From Alphaproteobacteria bacterium (lineage in GTDB: Bacteria; Pseudomonadota; Alphaproteobacteria; SP197), in NCBI GenBank assembly GCA_965228895.1, contig OZ245842.1, positions 2,336,001-2,400,000 on the forward strand: DNA of 64,000 nucleotides, read 5' to 3'. The number at the start of each line of letters is the position of its first letter. The first letter of the stretch is position 1. The notes beneath the pieces were generated by a model. That model saw only the letters and a program-made list of their open reading frames with translations. It was not told the origin of the DNA and did no database searches. The position numbers and the translations under genes were made by a program. Positions 29,161-38,310 of the stretch are shown in pieces.

Positions 29161-31158
29161 GTGATCGACGTGCTCCAAGACCGCACACGCCAGTCTTCAC
29201 GAAGGTCGTCGATCGTTTTGGCCCTGCTTCTTGTTGCCGGCTCCGTCGCGGCGACCGCCCCGCTGCTTGCCGACGATGCGACTATGAACCATGACCTTAT
29301 GGAGCCGGCCCCGCAGGACTTCAGTGACTGGCACGGCGAGACCGTCGACGTCATCGGTATGCGCGTCGTTGACGTTGACGGTCAGGTGCACCGCATTGGC
29401 GTTGACGATTCGGCCAGGCCAGCCGTTCTGGTATTCCTCGACAACTATTGCCCGGTCTCCAGCCGTTACGCCCCTGAGCTCCAGGCATTCGCGGATCAGG
29501 CGGCCGAGGCAGGCTTCGACTTTTTTGGTGTCATGTCCGACCCGCTCATCACCCCAGAGGAAGCGCGCCAGTTCGCCCGGGACTACGGTATCGACTTTCC
29601 CGTCATCTTCGACGGCTCCGGTGATCTGGCGGTGCGCCTCGATCCGCTCGCGACACCGGAGACCTTCGTCATCGATACCGATAACCAGGTGCTCTATCGC
29701 GGCCGTATCGACAACCGCTTCGAAGCGATCGGTGTTCTTCGCAACACCATCACATCGCATGATTTGATGGACACCATGGCAGCGCTTGACGTTGGCGACA
29801 CGCCGGTGCCCGTGCGGACCATGCCGGTCGGTTGCGTCTTTGAGGCGTGGGATCACGGCATACCCGAACAGGTGACCTATAACCGCGACATCGCTCCCCT
29901 GCTCAACGCCAACTGCGTGGAATGCCATCGTGCCGGCAGCGTCGGACCGTTCGTTTTCGAAACCTATGAACAGGCAAAGCGCCGATCAAAAATGATCAGT
30001 CTGGTCACCCTGCAGGGTCTGATGCCGCCGTGGCGCGCCGCACACGGCTTCGGCGCCTTCCGCGATGAGCGTCATCTGAGCGATAGGCAAGTCGCCATGC
30101 TCCTGTCTTGGGCCAACGCCGGCGCTCCGCTCGGCGACGAGGCCGACGCGTTGCCCGCGCCAGACTGGCCGGCTGACGGCTGGCAACTCGGCGAACCCGA
30201 TTTGGTGGTGGAGATGGCCGAACCCTACGCGCTACCCGCCACCGGCCCCGACATCTACCGTTACTTTGTCATTCCGTTCGAGCTGCTGAACGACGCTGCG
30301 ATCAAAGGCCTGGAGTTCCGTCCCGGCGACACTTCGGTCGTGCATCACGCCAACATCTTTGTCGACTACAGCGGCCGGGCCCGCGAGGAAGACGCCAAGG
30401 ATGATGAACCCGGCTTCTCGGTCTTCGGCACCGGCGGTTTCTTCGACTATAACGGCGAACAGGACACCTGGGGCATTGGCGGCTGGACGCCGGGCGCCGA
30501 GCCCTATCGGCTGCCGGACGATTACGGCATGTGGCTGCCCGAAGGTGAAGGCGACATCGTCTTCGAGATCCACTATCACCTGACCGGCAAGGCGACGGCG
30601 GATCAAAGCCGTATGGGTTTCTACTTCGCCGACACCGCCGTTTCCCAATGGGTCGACGGATTTGTCATCGGCACCCAGGACGTCAATATCGCGCCGGGCG
30701 ACGGTGACTACTGGCGCCAGTTCCACATGGATATCCCCATCGACATGACGCTGGTCGATCTGCTGCCCCACATGCACTACCTGGGAACAGAAGCCATCGC
30801 GACGGCGACACTGCCCGATGGCACGCAGATCCCCCTGATCCACATCGAACACTGGGATTTCCGCTGGCAGAACGTCTACGTCTTCCGCGAACCCATCCTG
30901 CTGCCCGCCGGCAGCCGCATCGATGCGTGGTTCAGTTTCGACAATTCCGCGAGCAATCCCTACAACCCCGCCGACCCGCCGGTTCAGATTGGGTGGGGCT
31001 GGGGCAGCGACGAGGAAATGTGCGAGATCTGGGTCAGCTTCGTGCTCGACGACTGGCAAGACCGCGATGCCATCATACAAGCGTCTTATGGAAGCTGGTA
31101 TCAGGACGCGAGCTTGCGTTCACCGCCGCCCGCCCTCGACGACCTGCTCAGTCACTGA
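29161..31158 (+). CDS. Exported fusion: redoxin (thioredoxin fold) + c-type heme domain + copper type II (PHM/DBH-like) monooxygenase domains
   Basis: Signal peptide; FLDNYCPVS, TPETFV..YRGRID, PVGC; CVECH and MPPW; VVHH, HYH, PHMH, EEMC. Confidence 0.8.
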   Translation: MIDVLQDRTRQSSRRSSIVLALLLVAGSVAATAPLLADDATMNHDLMEPAPQDFSDWHGETVDVIGMRVVDVDGQVHRIGVDDSARPAVLVFLDNYCPVSSRYAPELQAFADQAAEAGFDFFGVMSDPLITPEEARQFARDYGIDFPVIFDGSGDLAVRLDPLATPETFVIDTDNQVLYRGRIDNRFEAIGVLRNTITSHDLMDTMAALDVGDTPVPVRTMPVGCVFEAWDHGIPEQVTYNRDIAPLLNANCVECHRAGSVGPFVFETYEQAKRRSKMISLVTLQGLMPPWRAAHGFGAFRDERHLSDRQVAMLLSWANAGAPLGDEADALPAPDWPADGWQLGEPDLVVEMAEPYALPATGPDIYRYFVIPFELLNDAAIKGLEFRPGDTSVVHHANIFVDYSGRAREEDAKDDEPGFSVFGTGGFFDYNGEQDTWGIGGWTPGAEPYRLPDDYGMWLPEGEGDIVFEIHYHLTGKATADQSRMGFYFADTAVSQWVDGFVIGTQDVNIAPGDGDYWRQFHMDIPIDMTLVDLLPHMHYLGTEAIATATLPDGTQIPLIHIEHWDFRWQNVYVFREPILLPAGSRIDAWFSFDNSASNPYNPADPPVQIGWGWGSDEEMCEIWVSFVLDDWQDRDAIIQASYGSWYQDASLRSPPPALDDLLSH

Positions 31159-32191
31159 CGTCCGGTTCCAGCAGGCAGGCATCGCCGTAGGAATAGAACC
31201 GATAGCCCGCCTTGATGGCGTGGGCATAGGCCGCCTTCATGCGCGCGGTACCGGAGAACGCCGAGACCAGCATGAAGAGCGTTGAGCGCGGCAGGTGAAA
31301 GTTGGTGATCATGCGGTCGACCACCTTGAACCGGCTGCCTGGCACCAGAAACAGCGCGGTATCACCGGAAAAGGGCCGGACGTTGCCGTTGTCATCGGCT
31401 GCGCTTTCCAGCAGGCGGACACTCGTCGTCCCGACCGCAACCACCTTGCCGCCTTGTTGGCGGGCGTCATTGATCGTCGCAGCGGCAACCGATGACACCT
31501 TGCCCCACTCGGCGTGCATGACGTGATCGTCCGTGTCGTCGGTCTTGATCGGCATGAAGGTGCCGATGCCGACATGGAGCGTGACGCGGACAATCTGGAC
31601 ACCCATCGCCTCGATGCGCGCCAGCAAATCGTCGGTGAAGTGCAGCCCTGCCGTCGGCGCGGCGACGGCGCCCGTCTGGTCGGCATAGACGGTCTGGTAG
31701 TCCTGGCGGTCCCGGCCTTCCGGACCCGCCTTGCGATCGATGTAAGGTGGCAGCGGCATGATGCCGTACCTGTCCAGAAGCGTCATGAGGTCATCGCTGC
31801 CCGTCGCGAAGGCGAGCGTCACCTCGCCCCCCTCGCCCTTGGCCGTGACCTCGGCCGAGAATCCATCGGCGAAGTCGATCGAGACGCCTGGCTTGAGTTT
31901 GCGCGCGGGGCGCGCCAACGCCTGCCAGGTGCCGTCGGCATGGGCCCGGGTCAACGTCACCTCGACCTTGCCGTCGCCTTTCTTCCCTTGAAGGCGTGCC
32001 GGAAAGACGCGGGTGTCGTTGACCACTAGGACGTCGCCCGCCGCCAGATAGTCGGTGAGCTCACGGAACACCCTGTCTTCGAAGCGGCCGTCACCGCACA
32101 CAACCAGCAGGCGCGCGGCGTCGCGTGGTTCGACCGGATGGTCGGCGATCAGGTCGTCGGGAAGGTCAAAGTCGAACTGGTCGACCCGCAT
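31148..32191 (-). CDS. queA: S-adenosylmethionine:tRNA ribosyltransferase-isomerase
   Basis: PLPPYI, AAPTAGLHF, TLHVG, TNFHLPRSTL, YRFYSYGD. Confidence 0.96.
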   Translation of the reverse strand: MRVDQFDFDLPDDLIADHPVEPRDAARLLVVCGDGRFEDRVFRELTDYLAAGDVLVVNDTRVFPARLQGKKGDGKVEVTLTRAHADGTWQALARPARKLKPGVSIDFADGFSAEVTAKGEGGEVTLAFATGSDDLMTLLDRYGIMPLPPYIDRKAGPEGRDRQDYQTVYADQTGAVAAPTAGLHFTDDLLARIEAMGVQIVRVTLHVGIGTFMPIKTDDTDDHVMHAEWGKVSSVAAATINDARQQGGKVVAVGTTSVRLLESAADDNGNVRPFSGDTALFLVPGSRFKVVDRMITNFHLPRSTLFMLVSAFSGTARMKAAYAHAIKAGYRFYSYGDACLLEPDVSD

Positions 32192-32223
32192 GGGTCAGCG
32201 AGACCTGGTGAGGTGGCGGGTGG

Positions 32224-32763
32224 TCAATCGCCTTCGGCGGTCTGGCGCTGATGGCGCTGGACCGCCTCGTCCAGGCGCCGCACGACCCGCTCGGGCACGA
32301 AACTGTCATAAGCGCCGCCCAGCAGCGCGATTTCCTTCACCAGTTTGGAGGCGATGAAGGTGTGGTTCTCCGATGCCATCAGGAACACTGTCTCGATGTC
32401 GTCATCGAGCCTGGCGTTCATGCCGGCCATCTGAAACTCAAAGTCAAAGTCGGAGACAGCGCGCAGACCGCGCACGATAATGCCGGCATCACAAGCTTGG
32501 GCAAAATGCATCAACAGGCCACGGAAGGGCCTGACCTCGACCTCGGCGAGCCCGTCGCCGTCGAAATCGGCAATTTCATCGGCGACCATCTGGACCCGTT
32601 CGTCCAGGTTGAACAGCGGACCCTTGCCGGCATTGATCGCGACGCCGACGACGAGCTTGTCGACCAGCTTGCGCGAGCGCTTGATGACATCCAGATGACC
32701 GTTGGTGATCGGATCGAAGGTGCCGGGATAGATGCCGATGCGCTGCTTCGCCATGGTGCTCAC
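32224..32763 (-). CDS. coaD: Phosphopantetheine adenylyltransferase
   Basis: YPGTFDPITNGH, RGLRAVSDF. Confidence 0.96.
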   Translation of the reverse strand: MSTMAKQRIGIYPGTFDPITNGHLDVIKRSRKLVDKLVVGVAINAGKGPLFNLDERVQMVADEIADFDGDGLAEVEVRPFRGLLMHFAQACDAGIIVRGLRAVSDFDFEFQMAGMNARLDDDIETVFLMASENHTFIASKLVKEIALLGGAYDSFVPERVVRRLDEAVQRHQRQTAEGD

Positions 32764-32841
32764 AGCCTTTCTGACAGGAAAATTGTGCAGTGCATCATGA
32801 CGAGGATGGTCGCCATGGACAAGGGCTGTCTGAGTCCGCTG

Positions 32842-35670
32842 CTACGCCTCGTCATCTGAGGGCACATCGCCCTCGTGCCCGTCCGTGAGCGCCTCATCAG
32901 TCTGGCTTTCGATCATGTCCTCATCATCTTCGCCGGCTTCTTCGTCGTCGATATGGGCGACGGAGACGACCGTCTCGTCCTTGGCGACACGGAAGATGGT
33001 GACACCGCGCGATTTGCGGCCGGTGTAGCGGATTTCGTCGACCGAACTCCTGATGATCTGACCGCCATCGGAGATCAGGACGATCTGATCGCCGTCGGCG
33101 ACCGGGAACGCAGCCACCACCTCGGCGCGCGGTTTCTTGGCGCCGCGGCCCAGCTCCAGATTGTCGATGCCCTTGCCGCCACGCCCGGTGACCCGGTACT
33201 CGTAGGCCGAGGTGCGTTTGCCAAAACCGTCATTGGCGACGGTCAGCAGGAACTGCTCGCGCGCCTTCATATCCTGGAAGTCGGCTTCCTCCAGCACGAC
33301 CTCGTCCGTTGCGGCATCCTCGTCGCCGGCCGCTTCCTCGACAATCGCCTCCTCAACAGCGGCTTCGTCGTCTTCGGCGCCGTTGGCGCGGCGCTCCAGG
33401 TTGATGCGTTTCATGTAGGCGCGGCGTGTCGGCGCATCGATCTCGACATGATCCAGGATCGTCATGCCCAACACCTCGTCGCCCTTGGCCAGGCGAATGC
33501 CGCGCACGCCCGAAGACGCACGGCCGGAGAACACGCGGACGTCCTCGACACGGAAACGAATGCACTTGCCCTGGCGGGTGAAGAGCAGGACGTCCTGGTC
33601 GGGCCGGCAGGTCTCGACGCCGATCAGCCGCTCGCCCTCGTCCAGCTTCATCGCCATCAGGCCGTTGGCGCGGATGTTGCCGAAATCCGACAACAGGTTG
33701 CGCCGCACCGATCCATGGGCGGTTGCGAACATGATGTGGTAGTCGCTCCAGCTCTCTTCGTCCTCCAACATCGGCATGACGGTCGAGATGGTCTCGCCTT
33801 CTTCCAGCGGCAGCAGGTTGACGAACGCCTTGCCGCGCGATTGCGGCGTCGCCATCGGCAGGCGGTAGGTCTTCAAGCGATAAGCCTTGCCGGCGGTCGA
33901 GAAGAACAGCACCCAGGCATGGGTGTTGACGATAAAGACCTGGCTGACGAAATCCTCGTCGCGGGTCGCCATGCCGGATCGTCCCTTGCCGCCACGCCGT
34001 TGCGCGCGATAGGCCGCCAGAGGCACGCGCTTGACGTAGCCCTTGTGGCTGACCGTGACGACCATCTCTTCGCGCTGGATAAGGTCTTCGTCGTCTTGGT
34101 CGGCCTCGGCTTCGGCCAACTGGGTGCGGCGGGGATCGGCGAACTTCTCCCGGATCTCCAGCATCTCGTCGCGGATCACCGTCATCAGACGGTCGCGCGA
34201 ACGCAGGATCTCCAGGAATTCCGTGATGTGTTCGACGAGCTCGTTGAGCTCCTCGACGATCTTGTCGCGTTCCAGGCCGGTCAGGCGCTGCAGTCGCAGC
34301 TCCAGGATCGCGCGGGCCTGTTCTTCGGAGAGGCGATAGCTGCCTTTCTTATCGATGATTGCCGCGGCTTCGTCACCCTCCACCAAGGCAATCAGCGGCA
34401 CGATGTCGCCTGTCGGCCAGTCGCGCGCCATCAGTTTTTCCCGCGCTTCAACCGGGTCGGCAGAGTTGCGGATCAAGGCGACGACCTCGTCGACATTCGC
34501 GACGGCGACGGTCAGGCCGAGCAGCAAATGGGCGCGTGCCCTGGTCCGGCCCAACAGGAACTTGGTGCGCCGGGTCACCACCTCCTCGCGGAAGCGGACG
34601 AACTGCTCGATGATCTCGCGCAGGGTCAGCAGGATCGGCTTGCCGTTGACCAGCGCCAGCATGTTGCAGCCGAACGAGGTCTGCAGCGGCGTGAAACGGT
34701 AAAGCTGGTTCAAGACGATCTCAGCCATGCTGTCGCGCTTGATCTCGATCACCACGCGAACGCCTTGGCGCGCGGATTCATCGCGCAGATCCGAGATGCC
34801 TTCGATGCGCTTGTCGCGGACCAATTCGGCGATGCGCTCCAGAAGCCTCGCCTTGTTCACCTGGTAAGGCACCTCGGTGACGACGATGGCTTCGCGGTCC
34901 TTGCGGACCTCCTCGATATGCACCTTGGCGCGCATGATGACGGAGCCGCGGCCGGTCTCGTAAGCGCTACGTGCGCCGCCCGCACCCATGATCAATCCGC
35001 CGGTCGGGAAATCGGGGGCCGGGATATAGCGCATCAGATCCATGGACGAGACGCCGGGGTTGTCGATGAACGCGCAGCAGGCGTCGATCACCTCGCCCAG
35101 ATTGTGGGGCGGGATGTTGGTCGCCATGCCGACGGCGATACCGCCGGCACCGTTGACCAGAAGATTAGGGAAACGCGCCGGCAGGACCGAAGGCTCGCTC
35201 TCGCTGCCGTCATAGTTTTCGCGGAATTCGACGGTGTCCTTGTCGATATCCTCAAGCAGGGTCTCGGCGACCTTGGCGAGCCTGGCCTCGGTGTAACGCA
35301 TAGCGGCCGGCGGATCGCCGTCCATCGAGCCGAAATTGCCCTGGCCATCGATCAGCAGGAGCCGCAGGGAGAAGTCCTGGGCCATGCGCACCATGGCGTC
35401 ATAGATCGCCTGGTCGCCATGGGGGTGATACTTGCCCATGACGTCACCAATAATGCGCGCGGATTTGCGATACGGCTTGTCGGAGGTGTAGCCCTCCTCA
35501 TGCATGGCATAGAGGATGCGGCGCTGCACCGGCTTCAGGCCGTCGCGCACATCCGGCAGCGCACGCGCAACGATCACGCTCATGGCGTAATCGAGGTAAC
35601 TGCGCCGCATTTCGTCTTCGATCGTGATCGGCGCGATGTCGGACGACTCGGGAGGTGGGATCTCGGTCAA
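32842..35670 (-). CDS. gyrA: DNA gyrase subunit A
   Basis: [26 protein letters not shown], GyrA-box QRRGGKG, acidic tail. Confidence 0.97.
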   Translation of the reverse strand: MTEIPPPESSDIAPITIEDEMRRSYLDYAMSVIVARALPDVRDGLKPVQRRILYAMHEEGYTSDKPYRKSARIIGDVMGKYHPHGDQAIYDAMVRMAQDFSLRLLLIDGQGNFGSMDGDPPAAMRYTEARLAKVAETLLEDIDKDTVEFRENYDGSESEPSVLPARFPNLLVNGAGGIAVGMATNIPPHNLGEVIDACCAFIDNPGVSSMDLMRYIPAPDFPTGGLIMGAGGARSAYETGRGSVIMRAKVHIEEVRKDREAIVVTEVPYQVNKARLLERIAELVRDKRIEGISDLRDESARQGVRVVIEIKRDSMAEIVLNQLYRFTPLQTSFGCNMLALVNGKPILLTLREIIEQFVRFREEVVTRRTKFLLGRTRARAHLLLGLTVAVANVDEVVALIRNSADPVEAREKLMARDWPTGDIVPLIALVEGDEAAAIIDKKGSYRLSEEQARAILELRLQRLTGLERDKIVEELNELVEHITEFLEILRSRDRLMTVIRDEMLEIREKFADPRRTQLAEAEADQDDEDLIQREEMVVTVSHKGYVKRVPLAAYRAQRRGGKGRSGMATRDEDFVSQVFIVNTHAWVLFFSTAGKAYRLKTYRLPMATPQSRGKAFVNLLPLEEGETISTVMPMLEDEESWSDYHIMFATAHGSVRRNLLSDFGNIRANGLMAMKLDEGERLIGVETCRPDQDVLLFTRQGKCIRFRVEDVRVFSGRASSGVRGIRLAKGDEVLGMTILDHVEIDAPTRRAYMKRINLERRANGAEDDEAAVEEAIVEEAAGDEDAATDEVVLEEADFQDMKAREQFLLTVANDGFGKRTSAYEYRVTGRGGKGIDNLELGRGAKKPRAEVVAAFPVADGDQIVLISDGGQIIRSSVDEIRYTGRKSRGVTIFRVAKDETVVSVAHIDDEEAGEDDEDMIESQTDEALTDGHEGDVPSDDEA

Positions 35671-35866
35671 GGTAGTGCGTATTTCTACAAGATGTTGTGG
35701 CGGCTCAGTTTTTCAGCCACCAGATCATTGGCATTTGAAGCACGAAGTTTACCATTCTTCGCAAGCGCGAACAAACTTTGTAGACGTTTTGGCCGACGTC
35801 GCTTGCAGGCCACTTAGAACCGGGTCGACCCGTCCTGGCAGGCGCCTATAATCGGACTCGCGGGCG

Positions 35867-35973
35867 CGAGGTCGGATCACGGCGTGGCAATCCGATCGCC
35901 ATTATGGAGCAAGGGCAGATTCACCCCTTCGATGTCATCGCGTAGCGATTCGATCATACGGGGTCTGCTCTTG
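35867..35973. repeat. Degenerate third copy of the twin-hairpin repeat
   Basis: 35911-35973 GGGCAGATTCACCCCTTCGATGTCATCGCGTAGCGATTCGATCATACGGGGTCTGCTC matches hairpin 2 of copy 1; upstream CGGATCA...AATCCG remnants match the base of hairpin 1. Confidence 0.7.
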
Positions 35974-35992
35974 GGATTGGGGAGCAGTGGCT

Positions 35993-37624
35993 ATGGCCGA
36001 ACGCACGTTTGAACTCGGGCTCGTGATGGCCGGCGCCATTTCTGGCGGCGCCTATGCGGCCGGTGTCACCGACTTCCTGATCCAAGCGCTCGATGCTTGG
36101 TACGCGGAAAAAGCCGCCGGTTCATCCGCGACGATGTCCCATGAGGTCAAGCTTCGGGTGATGTCGGGTGCTTCGGCTGGCGCCATGTGCACGGCGCTGG
36201 CGGCGGTCGCGCTGAATGCCGAGAGCGAGCCTGTCAGCGATGTCAAAGAACCACCCGATCCCAGCCGCAACCGGCTGTTCGATTCCTGGGTCAAGCGCAT
36301 CGATATTCGGCATCTGTTGGGCGAGCGCGATCTGGGACCCGATCAGCCCGTGCGCTCGGCGCTCGACGCTTCTATCCTGCGCGAGATCGCGCTCGACGGT
36401 CTCAAGATGACCCCGTCCGCATCCCCTCGCCCTTACGTCGACAATCCCCTGGCTGTCTTTCTGACCGTCGCCAACCTGCGCGGTGTGCCCTATGGCTTCG
36501 GCCTCGCGGGCGATGCCGGCCCGTCGCGCTACGGCATGCTGGCCCATGCCGACCACATGCGGTTCAAGGTGACGCGCGGCCAAAGCGATGATGCGCTTTA
36601 TCAAACCCTCGACGTCGCCAGCCTGCCGGCAGGCCCCTGGGAAGGGCTGGCTGACGCTTCACTGGCAAGCGGCGCCTTCCCGATCGGGCTGCAATCGCGG
36701 CTGCTGAAGCGCCCGGCCGGTCAGTACAGCGAACGCCTGGACTTCGATGGCAAAGCAGCCCTGCCGGGCAGCGCCACCGACGAGTATGACTTTTTGTGCG
36801 TCGACGGCGGCCTGATGAACAACGAGCCTCTGGAACTGGCGCGGCGCTACTTGAAAGGCGTTGACGTGCGCAATCCGCGTCCCGGCGATGAGGCTCACCG
36901 AGCGGTCATCATGATTGACCCGTTTCCCAACAAGGCAGCCTATCCTGACCCCTATGAACCCCATGACGACGTGGTCGGCGTGATCAAGGCGATGTTCGGC
37001 GCGCTGGTCAACCAGGCGCGCTTCAAGCCCGAAGAGCTGGCGCTGGCCGAACGCGACGACGTCTACAGCCGGTTCATGATCGCGCCATCGTTGAAAGACG
37101 ATCAGGGCAACGTGGTTGATCCGGCTATGACGTCTGCCATCCTGGGGGGCTTTGGCGGTTTCCTCGCCGAAGACTTCCGCCGGCACGACTTCCAGCTCGG
37201 GCGGCGCAATTGTCAGCGGTTTCTTGGCCGATACTTCGTCTTGCCAGAAAACAACCCGGTGTTTCAGGACGCGCCGGAAGTCCTGCGCGCATCGCTTTGC
37301 GTGCGCAACGAAGACGGCACGCCGCGCCTGTTCAAGGACAAGGCGTCACGTCTGTTGCCGTTGATCCCGTTGTGTGGCGCAGCCACCAACCCGATCAGCG
37401 TCCCGGACCGCCCCACGGCGAATGTTGTTGACCTTGATCTGCTGCACGGTCTGATCAAGCGGCGCGCGACCCATGTCGGCGAACGCCTGATCGATACGCA
37501 GCTTGGTGGGGTCGCGCCCTGGGTCGTGCGGGTGGGCGCCAAGAAGTACGTGCAGTGGAGCGCCGGCGCCAAGGTCGCCGACAAGGCGCGTGCCATTCTG
37601 GAGAAAGAACTGGCCCGGCTTTAA
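35993..37624 (+). CDS. Patatin-like phospholipase family protein
   Basis: GAISGGAY glycine loop, GASAG nucleophile, ASGAFP, DGG. Confidence 0.85.
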   Translation: MAERTFELGLVMAGAISGGAYAAGVTDFLIQALDAWYAEKAAGSSATMSHEVKLRVMSGASAGAMCTALAAVALNAESEPVSDVKEPPDPSRNRLFDSWVKRIDIRHLLGERDLGPDQPVRSALDASILREIALDGLKMTPSASPRPYVDNPLAVFLTVANLRGVPYGFGLAGDAGPSRYGMLAHADHMRFKVTRGQSDDALYQTLDVASLPAGPWEGLADASLASGAFPIGLQSRLLKRPAGQYSERLDFDGKAALPGSATDEYDFLCVDGGLMNNEPLELARRYLKGVDVRNPRPGDEAHRAVIMIDPFPNKAAYPDPYEPHDDVVGVIKAMFGALVNQARFKPEELALAERDDVYSRFMIAPSLKDDQGNVVDPAMTSAILGGFGGFLAEDFRRHDFQLGRRNCQRFLGRYFVLPENNPVFQDAPEVLRASLCVRNEDGTPRLFKDKASRLLPLIPLCGAATNPISVPDRPTANVVDLDLLHGLIKRRATHVGERLIDTQLGGVAPWVVRVGAKKYVQWSAGAKVADKARAILEKELARL

Positions 37625-38106
37625 AACGGAATCTCGTCATCGATATCGCTGCCGGCGCCGCCACCCACGCCGCCGCCTGTATCGCCACCGCCCTGGTTGT
37701 AGCCGGAGTAATCGTCTCCGCCGCCACCGCCGCCATAACCACCGCCGCCTTCGCCGCGGCTGTCGAGCATCTGCAGATCGCCGCGGAAGCGCTGGACCAC
37801 CACCTCGGTCGAGTACTTGTCCTGACCGGACTGGTCCTGCCATTTGCGGGTCTGCAACTGGCCTTCCAGATAAATCTTGGAGCCCTTCTTCAGGTACTTC
37901 TCCGCGACATCACACAGGTTGGGATTGAAGATCACCACCCGGTGCCATTCGGTGCGCTCCTTGCGCTCGCCAGACTGCCGGTCTTTCCATGACTCCGACG
38001 TCGCAAGCGACAAGTTACACACAGGGTCGCCACTGTTGAGGCGTCGGATTTCCGGGTCGCGGCCGAGATTTCCCACCAAAATGACTTTGTTCACGCTGCC
38101 GGCCAT
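37621..38106 (-). CDS. ssb: Single-stranded DNA-binding protein
   Basis: [21 protein letters not shown], Gly-rich linker, DDEIPF. Confidence 0.97.
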   Translation of the reverse strand: MAGSVNKVILVGNLGRDPEIRRLNSGDPVCNLSLATSESWKDRQSGERKERTEWHRVVIFNPNLCDVAEKYLKKGSKIYLEGQLQTRKWQDQSGQDKYSTEVVVQRFRGDLQMLDSRGEGGGGYGGGGGGDDYSGYNQGGGDTGGGVGGGAGSDIDDEIPF

Positions 38107-38121
38107 GTTCTACTCCTGTTC
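38107..38121. promoter_or_regulatory. Alphaproteobacterial LexA box (GTTC-N7-GTTC)
   Basis: GTTC-TACTCCT-GTTC in the ssb/uvrA divergent gap, overlapping the ssb SD (AGGAG on - strand). Confidence 0.6.
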
Positions 38122-38310
38122 CTCGACATTTGCGGCACCCTAGACCAGGCCCGCACCCCTGTCATCTGCGACGAATCGGTTGGCGTAGAACATCACAGCG
38201 GGGTTTAAAAAGCGACTGCCGGAGGGGTGCTGCGGCGTCGAATTCGGGGGATGCTTGCAAGCCCCCGTTCCGCGTTCTAACAAGCTTGTTCTCAAGGGAA
38301 GAGACACGGC

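Noticed and set aside
32875-35817. 980-aa ORF antisense to gyrA, and similar long antisense ORFs over the acyl-CoA dehydrogenase, secDF, serS, tgt and dcd genes
   Set aside because: Shadow frames expected from GC-rich codon bias; no motifs, and they mirror clearly real genes
38267-38291. Three GTTC tetramers and the AACAAGCTTGTT palindrome just upstream of uvrA as a LexA box
   Set aside because: Spacings are N3 and N10, not N7; at best degenerate
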